Shown piece by piece: positions 20,339-30,275 of a stretch of DNA of 64,000 nt. Source of the stretch: a virus (lineage: Duplodnaviria; Caudoviricetes); IMG/VR virus record IMGVR_UViG_3300028603_000002, positions 32,001 to 96,000 of that record. One strand, 5' to 3'. The position numbers and the translations under genes were made by a program. The notes beneath the pieces were generated by a model, which was given only the letters and a program-made list of their open reading frames with translations, was not told where the DNA came from and searched no databases. How positions within the stretch are numbered: position 1 is the stretch's first letter; each line of letters opens with the position of its first letter.

Positions 20339-21252
20339 TGAGTACAAATAGTTTATGGGTAGAAATGTTTAGACCCACTACTTTAGAGAATTATATTGGA
20401 AATGAACATTTGAAAGAGAAAGTTCAGAGGTATATTGATACTCAAGATGTTCCACACCTACTATTTTATGGTCGAGCTGGAACTGGTAAGACGACATTAG
20501 CTAAAATTATTGCTAATTCAGTAGATGCTGATATTATGTATATCAATGCATCTGATGAAAATAATGTTGAAACAGTTAGGACAAAGGTAAAGGGGTTCGC
20601 GTCTACCATTGGATTTAAGAAATGGAAAATTATAATTCTTGATGAAAGTGACTATATCACGTCTAATGGTCAGGCAGCGTTAAGAAACCTAATGGAAACA
20701 TTTTCAAAGAATACTAGATTTGTTTTAACTTGTAATTATGTTGAGAAAATTATAGATCCTATTCAAAGCAGATGTCAAACATTTGAAATTCATCCACCAT
20801 CTAAAATAGATGTTGCAAAAAGAATAGTGCAAATAATGAAGGAATTGGATGTGGAATTTACAAACCAAGATTTGGCGCATATAATCAACTTAACATATCC
20901 AGATATAAGACGGGTATTAAATTCATGCCAACGTTCTGTAATAGATGGTGTATTACAAGTAACTAGCACTGATGTCGTTAGGTCTAGCTATATTGATGAT
21001 ATCATAGAGGAATTGAAAGCAAAGGGGAATGCTAAAGATAAGTTTCAAAATATAAGAAAGATAATAGCAGATTCAAAAGTTCGAGATTTCACATCGTTGT
21101 ATAAAGAATTGTATGATAAAGTTGAAGATTACTCAAAAGATATCCCAGCATCAATACTAACAATTGCAGAACATCAAATTAATGATGTGCATATAGTTGA
21201 TAAAGAAATAAATGTTGCTGCAATGTTGTTAAAAATAATTGAACAGAAATGA
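20338..21252 (+). CDS. Clamp loader ATPase subunit (gp44/RFC-like)
   Basis: LWVEMFRP, GRAGTGKTT, INASDE, ILDESD, QAALRNLME, SRC. Confidence 0.93.
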   Translation: MSTNSLWVEMFRPTTLENYIGNEHLKEKVQRYIDTQDVPHLLFYGRAGTGKTTLAKIIANSVDADIMYINASDENNVETVRTKVKGFASTIGFKKWKIIILDESDYITSNGQAALRNLMETFSKNTRFVLTCNYVEKIIDPIQSRCQTFEIHPPSKIDVAKRIVQIMKELDVEFTNQDLAHIINLTYPDIRRVLNSCQRSVIDGVLQVTSTDVVRSSYIDDIIEELKAKGNAKDKFQNIRKIIADSKVRDFTSLYKELYDKVEDYSKDIPASILTIAEHQINDVHIVDKEINVAAMLLKIIEQK

Positions 21253-21674
21253 GTATTTTTGATCATATTAATAATTTAACTTACAAGAAAGTACCGTGGG
21301 AAAAGTTAAATGAATCTGAAAAGAAATCATTTAGTCCTTATATGACTGATAGAATTTTCAGTATGAATAGTGATCTGTTACCAATTGTGAATTTCTTACA
21401 GCGATATACAGTTGGAGAACTAACTCCGGAATTTGTATATAAATTGTATTATCATTTAATGCCCAAAAAGAAAATATATACAAAATATATTAAAGGGGCA
21501 ACAAAGGAAAAATACAAAAAAGAGTTAGTTGAAATTATGAAAAAATATTATCAATTAGCATCATATGAAGTTATTGATTATTTAGATATATTGATGGATG
21601 AAAATCCTAATGAAGTAATTAATATAATTACTAAATACGGATATACTAAAAAAGAGGCTAAGAAATTATTATGA
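21249..21674 (+). CDS. Clamp loader small subunit (gp62-like)
   Basis: MSIFDHINNL, FSPYM.DRIFSM, KYIK; follows the gp44-like gene. Confidence 0.75.
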   Translation: MSIFDHINNLTYKKVPWEKLNESEKKSFSPYMTDRIFSMNSDLLPIVNFLQRYTVGELTPEFVYKLYYHLMPKKKIYTKYIKGATKEKYKKELVEIMKKYYQLASYEVIDYLDILMDENPNEVINIITKYGYTKKEAKKLL

Positions 21675-22384
21675 AAGTAGGATTAGTTTTGCATGGTTTA
21701 GTTGGAAGTATAACGGGAAAGAATTATCAGATGATGGGTGGAAGTGATAAAGTATTGGAACACTCATCTGAACATAATATAAAAAATATAATTAATCAAT
21801 ATGATACAGATGTATATGTACATACTTGGAGTGTTGAGTTAGAAGAACAAATTAATGAAGTGTACAAGCCAGTGAAAATGGAAGCAACGGAACAAATACA
21901 ATTTGAAGTTCCTGATTATATTAAGGCAGATCATAAAAGAGCATTTGCACATTTAAGTAGGTGGTATTCATTTATGAGAGCAGTTGATTTAATATCATCA
22001 AATGATTATACACATATAATTGTTCAGAGATTTGATTTAGTTTGGAATGTTGTTCCTAAGTTTGAAGAAATGGATCCTAATTATGTATGGACAGGAATAA
22101 TACCGTTAAACCATTCATATGAATGGTGTGATAGGTGGATATGTAGTTCGTATGAAAACATGAAAAAGTTTGCTACTTTATATGAAAAAATTCCCAATTA
22201 TATGGCTACAAATGGAGATTTACCATCATCAAAACAATATGGTGGAATATCAAGTCATAAATTAACTAATCATCATGCAAAGAAATTAGCTTTGGAAGGA
22301 AAAAGAAAGTATACATTTGGTGGATATAGTTTACAACAGAATGATTATAATGAGGTTAGGCGCCAATACTATGGAGATAATTAA
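21671..22384 (+). CDS. Putative glycosyltransferase-like protein
   Basis: GLVLHG, DVYVHTW, SRWYS, IIVQRFDL pattern seen in viral glycan loci. Confidence 0.45.
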   Translation: MKVGLVLHGLVGSITGKNYQMMGGSDKVLEHSSEHNIKNIINQYDTDVYVHTWSVELEEQINEVYKPVKMEATEQIQFEVPDYIKADHKRAFAHLSRWYSFMRAVDLISSNDYTHIIVQRFDLVWNVVPKFEEMDPNYVWTGIIPLNHSYEWCDRWICSSYENMKKFATLYEKIPNYMATNGDLPSSKQYGGISSHKLTNHHAKKLALEGKRKYTFGGYSLQQNDYNEVRRQYYGDN

Positions 22385-22395
22385 CAAAGTATATT

Positions 22396-22758
22396 ATGGA
22401 AACAATAGATAAACCATGGGGCTTATATGAGGCAATAATTGCTATTGATAATATCAATCAATTTACATTGAAGCGAATAATAATAGATCCTGAAGAACAT
22501 CCATCGGATCAAAAACATGCACATAGAAATGAAATTTGGATGGTATATGCTGGAGTAGGCACATTGATTACTGAATCAGATGCAGGAAAAAATGTAATAA
22601 TAATTCGTGAAGGAGATGTTGTTCATATTGAAAAAAATACTTGGCATTTAATTATTAGCAGTGGGGATGAACCATTGGAATTCTTTGAAATACAATATGG
22701 TGAGCTGTGCGCCGAGGAGGATATAACGAGAAGATTTGACAAATATGAAAGAGAATAG
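22396..22758 (+). CDS. Cupin, mannose-6-phosphate isomerase type II C-terminal-like
   Basis: KPWG.Y, S.QKH.HRNEIW, WH.I, EIQYG...EEDI.R. Confidence 0.85.
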   Translation: METIDKPWGLYEAIIAIDNINQFTLKRIIIDPEEHPSDQKHAHRNEIWMVYAGVGTLITESDAGKNVIIIREGDVVHIEKNTWHLIISSGDEPLEFFEIQYGELCAEEDITRRFDKYERE

Positions 22759-24340
22759 AATTAAGAGAGTATTCATACCAACTGCAGGGATAGGTAGTAG
22801 GTTAGGTGAATTGACTATGGTGTTTAACAAGTGTATGTTACCATATAGAGGCAGACCTGCTATACATGCTATTATCCAAGCATATCCTGGTGAATGTGAA
22901 TTTATAATTGCATTGGGTTATGGTGGAGATATAGTGATGGATTATCTAATTACAGTATTCCCTGATAAAAAATTTAAATTTATTTTTATTAAAAAATATG
23001 ACCCATCAGAAGGTGGTAGTTTATTAGAAACATTATATCAATGCAGAGAACATTTCAACCAACCATTTATATTCCACGCAGCAGATAGTATTACACCCAG
23101 AGGATTTAACGTAAATAGTAAACATAATGTCATATTAACCAGTGAAAAATTAAATATTGATAAGTATACGAAATTAACAGTTGGTAAAAGTAAAGTAAAA
23201 GAGATTAAGGTTGATAGATATGATATAGACACTTATATGATAGGTGTTTATTCAATCATAGATTATAAGAAATTTGTTAAAGGCATCAATTATAATTACA
23301 AACATATTACTAATACAAGTGACACAGCTGTATTAGATTATATGATGAATAAAAAATGTAAGTTTGAATATTTACATATCGGTACTGGGTTTTGGGTTGA
23401 TTATGGAGATCCAATACAGGTAGAAAAACATATGAAAGATAATGTATTAGGTCTAAATACATTACCTAAAAAGAATCAAATGATATATCGATATAAAGAT
23501 CAAATTATTAAAGTATTTTCAGAACCATGGAAAAGTAGAAAGTTATATGAAACGTATAAAGTTTTGAAACCTAGTGGATTAATGGTGGATGTAGTCAATT
23601 ATTCAAAATATACATTTATAACAAAATATGCTCCAGGAATTACATTAAGAAAACATTTAGAAGGGAATTTAAATGATATATCTTTCTATAATGTTTTGGA
23701 AAAATTTCATGCTGATAATATAATCAAAAGTACACCTAAACAGAAAAGAGAATTCGTTGAGAAATTCTATATTGAAAAAACAAGAAATCGAGTCGCTGAA
23801 TTTTTAAGAACTGATCCGGTGAATGATATCGTATTAGATGATAAATTTTCGATTAATGGTATTGAAATAGATAGCATAACAGATCTGTTAGATAGGTTAT
23901 TCGAATATTTACGAACAATGGATTTATTTAATGTAACTTGTGGAAAAGTACATGGAGATTTAGTCTTAGATAATATCATTATTAATGGTAATGATATTAA
24001 ATTTATTGATTGGAGAGAAGAAACAATAGAAGGAGTACATGGTTACGGCGATCAAGTATATGATATAGCAAAATTATTACATAGTTGTTGTTTTGATCAT
24101 AATAATTTTAATGATTCACATCTTTTATTAGTAAAGAATCAACATGTAATAGTTCAAATGGTAGGACATAACTCTAAATTAATGAATATCTTAGATAATC
24201 TCCCATTGAAATACTTGCATATTTTAGTTGGGTTGATTTGGTTAAATATGTCACCATTGCATGGTAGGGAATATGGAAGATATTTATTCTTTGCTGGATT
24301 ACATAGAATAGCATTTTGGTTAAACGAAGACGATGAATAG
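22736..24340 (+). CDS. Sugar nucleotidyltransferase fused to an APH-like kinase
   Basis: N-terminal IPTAGIGSRL..NK.MLP; C-terminal HGDLVLDNII, FIDWR, YDIAKL. Confidence 0.8.
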   Translation: MTNMKENRIKRVFIPTAGIGSRLGELTMVFNKCMLPYRGRPAIHAIIQAYPGECEFIIALGYGGDIVMDYLITVFPDKKFKFIFIKKYDPSEGGSLLETLYQCREHFNQPFIFHAADSITPRGFNVNSKHNVILTSEKLNIDKYTKLTVGKSKVKEIKVDRYDIDTYMIGVYSIIDYKKFVKGINYNYKHITNTSDTAVLDYMMNKKCKFEYLHIGTGFWVDYGDPIQVEKHMKDNVLGLNTLPKKNQMIYRYKDQIIKVFSEPWKSRKLYETYKVLKPSGLMVDVVNYSKYTFITKYAPGITLRKHLEGNLNDISFYNVLEKFHADNIIKSTPKQKREFVEKFYIEKTRNRVAEFLRTDPVNDIVLDDKFSINGIEIDSITDLLDRLFEYLRTMDLFNVTCGKVHGDLVLDNIIINGNDIKFIDWREETIEGVHGYGDQVYDIAKLLHSCCFDHNNFNDSHLLLVKNQHVIVQMVGHNSKLMNILDNLPLKYLHILVGLIWLNMSPLHGREYGRYLFFAGLHRIAFWLNEDDE

Positions 24341-24860
24341 AACATTACAAAAAGCGTGCGAAGTATCATTGCATAATGATTTCACACATGTACTTGAATT
24401 TGGAGTATATAAAGGTGGCACATTAAAACAACTATCTAAATTTTATAATTCAACTGTACATGGATTTGATTCTTTTGAAGGTTTGCCTGAAGATTGGGTT
24501 GGTACTAACCACAAGAAAGGAGGCATGAGTGCTGGTGGAAGAATACCTGAAATACCAAATTGTAAGATCTGGAAGGGTTGGTTTGAGAATACTATTCCAG
24601 AATACTTAAAAGAGTATAAAGGTCCAATTAAACTATTGCATATTGATTGTGATTTATATAGTAGCACAAAAACAATATTAGAACTATTAAATGATAATAT
24701 AGTTAGTGGTACAATATTATGTTTTGATGAATGGTATTATAATCATAATCCAAAGTACAAAGACCACGAACAGAAAGCATTTTTTGAATGGATAGGAGAT
24801 AGGGAATTTGTATTGGAATTACCAATTGAAGATGAACGACAAATAGTACATATATTATGA
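24333..24860 (+). CDS. TylF/MycF-family methyltransferase
   Basis: LEFGVYKG, GFDSFEGLPEDW, KGWFENT, LHIDCDLYSST, FDE. Confidence 0.85.
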   Translation: MNRTLQKACEVSLHNDFTHVLEFGVYKGGTLKQLSKFYNSTVHGFDSFEGLPEDWVGTNHKKGGMSAGGRIPEIPNCKIWKGWFENTIPEYLKEYKGPIKLLHIDCDLYSSTKTILELLNDNIVSGTILCFDEWYYNHNPKYKDHEQKAFFEWIGDREFVLELPIEDERQIVHIL

Positions 24861-25840
24861 TATATATAGGATTGATGAACCCTATAATAACTAGGGCAGT
24901 TTTAAATTTCAATAAAAAACACAATGAATATCTAGGCTTGATAATCAGTACATCCCAGTTTAGTCATTGTGGAGGATATTATCCATCAAAATATGATTTT
25001 AATTACACCTTGAAATTAATAAAAGATATTGATTCACATATTAGAATTGGCAGAGATCATTATGATTCATTGGATAATGATTTACATTGCAGCGATATTG
25101 GAATAGTTGATTATATACATATTGATCCAATTTATGACAGCAATGGCAAGAAAAATGATATCATCGGTTATACGTCAGATGTTATTTATATGATGAACGA
25201 ACTAGTAAAATTTGATAAGAAGATTAAATTTGAAATCGGCACTGAACAAAGATTATTGAAATTTAGTATACAAGATTTTGATTATTTCTTAAGTAATATT
25301 CAACAAGTATACGGAGAGGATAAGTTAGAGTACATAGTAGTTCAAAGCAATGAAGATTTATCATATAACAATTTATTGACACAACAAGCTCCTGAAATTA
25401 CTTACGATGATTCTGCTAGATATCATCAAATGATAACAATAGCTAAAGAATACTATCCCAATGTTAAATTGAAACAACACAACCAAGATTTTGTCCCTGC
25501 CAATGATATAAGAAATAAATTGAACCTTAATTTTGGTGGATCTAATTTAGATGCTATAAATTTAGGTCCACAAATAGCTCAAATGTTTAATGAGATTGTG
25601 TATGAGGAATTAAACCCAACCCGGAGAATAGAAGTAGTTAGAAGAATACTTAAGAATGAAGCATTTAAAAAGTGGTGTACATATAATAATATAATGGATA
25701 CAACACCAGAAAAAATGTTTACTTTATTTGCACATTATATTTATAAGGAATTAGATTATTCAATAGATCACAATAGCATATTTGAAAAATTTTATCCTGA
25801 ATTTGAAAAATTTATTTTAGAAAGATTGCCTGGAGGATAA
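24857..25840 (+). CDS. GatZ/KbaZ-like TIM-barrel sugar epimerase/aldolase
   Basis: GRDH, IHIDP, EIGTEQ, KQHNQDF, AINLGPQ. Confidence 0.55.
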   Translation: MIYIGLMNPIITRAVLNFNKKHNEYLGLIISTSQFSHCGGYYPSKYDFNYTLKLIKDIDSHIRIGRDHYDSLDNDLHCSDIGIVDYIHIDPIYDSNGKKNDIIGYTSDVIYMMNELVKFDKKIKFEIGTEQRLLKFSIQDFDYFLSNIQQVYGEDKLEYIVVQSNEDLSYNNLLTQQAPEITYDDSARYHQMITIAKEYYPNVKLKQHNQDFVPANDIRNKLNLNFGGSNLDAINLGPQIAQMFNEIVYEELNPTRRIEVVRRILKNEAFKKWCTYNNIMDTTPEKMFTLFAHYIYKELDYSIDHNSIFEKFYPEFEKFILERLPGG

Positions 25841-25842
25841 GC

Positions 25843-26214
25843 ATGATTTTAGCAGTTGATTTAGATGATACATTATGTAAACGACCACCTGATAATCAAA
25901 TAATAAATTTAAATGGTTGGGACTTTAGAATTTATAAGTATACACTGTGCACACCAATAATAAAAAATATTCAGTATGTGAATAAATTAAAAAGAACAAT
26001 TAAAAAATGTAAAATGTACATTTATACTTCCAGGGGAATGTCATCATTTAAAGGAGATATTGATTTAATAGAAGCTAATTTGAGAAGCATTACTGAAACA
26101 CAATTAAATCAGTGGAATGTAAATTACGACAAATTAATATTTGGAAAGTTACATTATGATTTAATAATTGATGATAAAAGTATAAATTTATCTGATATAA
26201 ATTTTAAATTCTGA
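25843..26214 (+). CDS. HAD phosphatase (capsule-biosynthesis type)
   Basis: DLDDTLC, YTSRG, LIFGK, IDDK. Confidence 0.8.
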   Translation: MILAVDLDDTLCKRPPDNQIINLNGWDFRIYKYTLCTPIIKNIQYVNKLKRTIKKCKMYIYTSRGMSSFKGDIDLIEANLRSITETQLNQWNVNYDKLIFGKLHYDLIIDDKSINLSDINFKF

Positions 26215-26232
26215 AAAATAATTATTAATTTT

Positions 26233-26457
26233 ATGGACATGAAGAAGGGAAGATTATACAAAAAGAAAAAAGAGCTGAATGATGCTTATTATATTTTCCT
26301 TGGAGATAGCGGTTTACCTGAGTTAGGGACGTTTTTATGTGTTGTCCCTATTAATGATACCCGATTAAGAATAGTCTCGGTAGAACTAAGGAAAGCAAGT
26401 GAAATGAAGATTGTATCAGAAGAAGAATTTCGTAACTATATAGATGTATCTTGGTAA
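26233..26457 (+). CDS. Hypothetical protein
   Basis: ORF track; overlaps queD start. Confidence 0.5.
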   Translation: MDMKKGRLYKKKKELNDAYYIFLGDSGLPELGTFLCVVPINDTRLRIVSVELRKASEMKIVSEEEFRNYIDVSW

Positions 26458-27011
26458 TGTGGTTAATTGATAAAACATTTGAATTTGATTATGGTCATAG
26501 AGTTTGGACTCAAAAACTAAATTCTGACTTTAGTATTGATAATAGATGTGTATGTAGACATTTACACGGTCACCGAGGAAAAGTACATGTTTATTTAAAA
26601 TCAGATACTTTAGATGAAACTGGGATGGTTACTGATTTTAAACATTTGAATTGGTTTAAGAAATTCTTAGATGATGTGTTGGATCATAAAATGATTCTTG
26701 ATATGGATGATCCAACATTATTTTTATTGTATTCATTAGCTACTGAACATTATTTAATAGAAAATAAAGAATTTAATTATTATACAGTAGATATAGCAAA
26801 ATTAGAAACTGATTTAGGTGATACTTTTACTGATGCTGAAATGGAATTATATGAGGGATTAGTAATAGTTAACTTTGTACCGACATCAGAAAACTTAGCA
26901 AAGTGGTTAGCAGAAATAACGTCTAAGAAAATGAAAGAAATGGGGGTGAATGTAAGTCATATTGAATTCTTTGAAACTCCAAAAAGTAGAAGTACATATT
27001 ATATTGATTAA
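26451..27011 (+). CDS. queD: 6-carboxy-5,6,7,8-tetrahydropterin synthase
   Basis: FDYGHRV, CRHLHGH, DFK, LDHK, PTSENLA, ETP. Confidence 0.92.
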   Translation: MVMWLIDKTFEFDYGHRVWTQKLNSDFSIDNRCVCRHLHGHRGKVHVYLKSDTLDETGMVTDFKHLNWFKKFLDDVLDHKMILDMDDPTLFLLYSLATEHYLIENKEFNYYTVDIAKLETDLGDTFTDAEMELYEGLVIVNFVPTSENLAKWLAEITSKKMKEMGVNVSHIEFFETPKSRSTYYID

Positions 27012-27028
27012 CAATAAAAATTGAAGTT

Positions 27029-27235
27029 ATGACAGAATCATGTTATTATTTAGTAAAGGTAAAAATTCATATTATAGATGATGGTAAAGCAAAAGACGCT
27101 ACTGAACAACATCTTGTTAAAGCTGTATCAGTAGTTGATTGTGATGTAAAGATTAATGAACATTATGAAAATATGATGCATGATTGGCAGATAGTATCTG
27201 TCGCTGAAACTAAAATAATGGATGTTATTGAATGA
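27029..27235 (+). CDS. DUF4494-like protein
   Basis: Y.VKVK....DGK.K..TEQ.LV.AVS pattern of this Bacteroidota family. Confidence 0.65.
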   Translation: MTESCYYLVKVKIHIIDDGKAKDATEQHLVKAVSVVDCDVKINEHYENMMHDWQIVSVAETKIMDVIE

Positions 27236-28311
27236 AAATAATTCTAATAGAGTCTGCTGACAAACAACATAGGTATAGGAAGAGGTGGGATATGATAGTA
27301 ATGTCAGCACTGAAAAGTTTGGGGTATGATGTATTCCAAACTGGGGTGTTAGATAGCATTGGATTTGAGCATTTTGAAATGGCGGAAGCTGAACATAGTA
27401 GCAGACAATTACAAAGAATACTTTCATATTTAAATTTTGAATTTAGTTTAGATGATAAAAATGTAGATGAATTAGTAATTTTTATTAATGAATATGCCTA
27501 TAATGCAGCAATATTAGAATTGAAAAGATATGCTGATTTAAATAGGAGGAATTGGAAATTTATTGGTCTATGGCCTACAAAATTAATTTTTAATAAAAAG
27601 CACCCATATTCTAGAAGTAGAAGATTGGATGCGTGGTCGATGAAATTTGAACATTTATTATTTCAGACATATGATGCTAATATTTTCAATCATGAATTTG
27701 CAAAGACGCTTTTCTTAAAGAAGAGAAAAATAAGAAAAGAGGAATTAGTTAAAAAAGCACATTATATTGGGGAGCCGTTTGAATATCTAACAGAAATTGC
27801 GAAGGAATACAATCTGGAAAATAAGGAGGATATAATTCTAATTCCAGCAGGTATAGATGCAGACCATCAAATTAGAATTATTGAAATATTCAAAAGAGAA
27901 TTGCCAAAATATGAATTTATTTATTTAAATGATAATAAATTAGATAGGAAACAGTATTATCAAATGCTTGCTAAAGCTAAAATGATGTTATCAATTAATA
28001 CATATGATTATTATGATGATACTTTTTTAAGTTTCGAAGCATTGGCATTCAAAGTAATACCATTAGCACCAGAGTTCACACGCTTGGGAAGAACACTTCC
28101 CAGAATGTTATATACATTTGATTACTGGATTGTAATGCCACCCATGATCAATTTTGTTCGACAGAGAGGAGATATACAGAAAAAGATATCAAATTTAATG
28201 GATAATTATGAGAGTCTTACACATTATTTAGTAGAGGATACTGAAAAAATGAAACAGAGATATAGTATAGATAAATTAATTGATGTTATAGAAAAATTAA
28301 AAGAAGAGTAA
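27232..28311 (+). CDS. Divergent GT-B glycosyltransferase-like protein
   Basis: C-terminal YYQMLAKAKMMLS...FEALAFKVIPLAP; near queD. Confidence 0.55.
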   Translation: MKIILIESADKQHRYRKRWDMIVMSALKSLGYDVFQTGVLDSIGFEHFEMAEAEHSSRQLQRILSYLNFEFSLDDKNVDELVIFINEYAYNAAILELKRYADLNRRNWKFIGLWPTKLIFNKKHPYSRSRRLDAWSMKFEHLLFQTYDANIFNHEFAKTLFLKKRKIRKEELVKKAHYIGEPFEYLTEIAKEYNLENKEDIILIPAGIDADHQIRIIEIFKRELPKYEFIYLNDNKLDRKQYYQMLAKAKMMLSINTYDYYDDTFLSFEALAFKVIPLAPEFTRLGRTLPRMLYTFDYWIVMPPMINFVRQRGDIQKKISNLMDNYESLTHYLVEDTEKMKQRYSIDKLIDVIEKLKEE

Positions 28312-28313
28312 TT

Positions 28314-28589
28314 ATGGAAAATAATAAGATGAATGTAAATTTAAATCTAAATGAAACTACTGCTATACAATGTGATAATTGTAATGGTGAAATATTTGTT
28401 CCTGTTTTAATGTTAAGAAAAATACCGGCATTGTTAACAGGCACTTCACAGCCACAATTAGTACCAATACAAGTATTCAAATGTGATATTTGCAATGCAT
28501 TAATGGAAGAAATGTGGCCTAAGAATTTACCAAAACCAGGAGTAAAAATAAATATGTCAAATTCACCGAATGATACTAATAATGATTAA
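28314..28589 (+). CDS. Small zinc-ribbon protein
   Basis: CDNC...CDIC. Confidence 0.6.
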   Translation: MENNKMNVNLNLNETTAIQCDNCNGEIFVPVLMLRKIPALLTGTSQPQLVPIQVFKCDICNALMEEMWPKNLPKPGVKINMSNSPNDTNND

Positions 28590-28742
28590 ATAAATAGATT
28601 ATGAAAAAAAGTTCTAAAAAAAGATGGTGGTTGAATACAAAACCATTGTACAAAGAATTTGGAGAAAGTAAATTCAAAAGAGTTAAGAGAAGCGAAACAA
28701 TTCGACCTTCAGATAGAATTGAAAGGTTATTGAAAAAGGAGT

Positions 28743-29708
28743 ATGCCAAGTCATAATAAGCTGTTGAAGAAAATTGAGGAGATAAAGAATATTGGTTATA
28801 ACAAGGATGAAAAAATAGTTAGTTACAGCCAATATAGTAAATATCAAACATGTCCTCATAGATGGAAGCTAGAATATATAGACAAACATAAGTTTCCGGA
28901 TCCAAATATCAATTTAGTATTTGGGACTGCAATGCACGAAGTAATACAATTCTATTTACATAATGTTTATAATAAGAGTGTTAAATATGCAGACGAGAAT
29001 ATAGATCTTGAAAATCTATTAATGTTCTCAATGAAGAAAAATTACCAAAAAGAGTTTGATAAGAATGGTATAAATTTTTCAACGATGGAGGAGGTAGTTG
29101 ATTATTATGAAGATGGTTGTGCAATATTACATTTCTTTAAAAATAACAGGTCGAATTATTTCAATTCAAGAAAGTTAGAATATATTGGAATTGAAATTCC
29201 TCTTATATATACACCTATAGAAAGTCTACCAAATGTTAAATTACGCGCATATTTAGATTTGATATTTTATGATAAGGCTGCAAAACGGTATAAGATCATA
29301 GATATAAAGACTAGCAAATCTGGATGGAATAAATGGCAGAAAAAAGATAAAAGCAAAACTGATCAAGTATTATTGTATAAATATTATTTTTCTAAATTAT
29401 ATGATATTGATATTCAAGATGTAGATGTAGAGTTTTTTATAGTTAGAAGAAAAATAGAAACAGACTACGATTTTCCATTAAAAAGAATACAAGAATTTAA
29501 ACCCGCAGATGGTTCAATATCAATTAATAAATTTGTAAGGAATTTCGAGAAGTTTATTACAAATAGTTTTACAACGGAGGGATATAATAAAGAAGCTGAA
29601 TATCCTGCAGTTTGTGGTGAAAAGGGATGGAATTGTACATTTTGTCCATTTAATGAAAAAGAGAATTTATGCCCAAAAAGTAAGAGAATAACCAGCATTT
29701 CAAATTGA
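28743..29708 (+). CDS. PD-(D/E)XK (RecB/Cas4-like) exonuclease with 4-Cys cluster
   Basis: SYSQ...CP, FGTAMHE, YLDL, IIDIKTS, Q..LY, C..C...C. Confidence 0.85.
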   Translation: MPSHNKLLKKIEEIKNIGYNKDEKIVSYSQYSKYQTCPHRWKLEYIDKHKFPDPNINLVFGTAMHEVIQFYLHNVYNKSVKYADENIDLENLLMFSMKKNYQKEFDKNGINFSTMEEVVDYYEDGCAILHFFKNNRSNYFNSRKLEYIGIEIPLIYTPIESLPNVKLRAYLDLIFYDKAAKRYKIIDIKTSKSGWNKWQKKDKSKTDQVLLYKYYFSKLYDIDIQDVDVEFFIVRRKIETDYDFPLKRIQEFKPADGSISINKFVRNFEKFITNSFTTEGYNKEAEYPAVCGEKGWNCTFCPFNEKENLCPKSKRITSISN

Positions 29709-29741
29709 TTTTTGTATATATATTATTGAAAATAAAGTTAC

Positions 29742-30275
29742 ATGAGGAATAAAGTTGTATGTGAATATAATTGTTTAATGTTAGATGTTGAATTAAACAA
29801 TTGGTCTAATTGGGAAGATATAATAACACCAACCGACATCTACATTTCTGATACCATTCCTGGTTTAGAACCAACTCCACATATCACTCTTCTGCATGGA
29901 ATTGAACCTAATACACGATTAAATGAATTTGGTCATATACTACCACGAGCAAATGAATATAATGTCGAAGTAGGTGGATTACAATATTTTAACAAGTCTA
30001 CATATGATGTATTATTTTTAAAAGTAAAATGTTCTTTAATTAATGAAGTTAATTTAAAATTAAAAGAAACAATAAAATACCACCCCACCTTCCCAGTATA
30101 TACTCCACATATAACAATAGCATATTTAAAACCTGGAAAGGCAAATAAGTATGTATATAGCATACCTATAGTTAATAAACATATAAAGGCAATAAATTAT
30201 ACATATTCAACAACAAAAAATAGACCATACAGATTTAAGGAGTTTTATGGAACAACAACTACCAAAGTTAATTAA
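29742..30275 (+). CDS. 2H phosphoesterase, Acb1/T4 gp57B-like
   Basis: Two HxT motifs (PHITLLHG, PHITIAYLKPG), CLML, GLE. Confidence 0.75.
   Translation: MRNKVVCEYNCLMLDVELNNWSNWEDIITPTDIYISDTIPGLEPTPHITLLHGIEPNTRLNEFGHILPRANEYNVEVGGLQYFNKSTYDVLFLKVKCSLINEVNLKLKETIKYHPTFPVYTPHITIAYLKPGKANKYVYSIPIVNKHIKAINYTYSTTKNRPYRFKEFYGTTTTKVN

Noticed and set aside
28743-29708. Cas4-like nuclease as part of a CRISPR system
   Set aside because: No repeat-spacer array or other cas genes seen; such exonucleases are common in phages.
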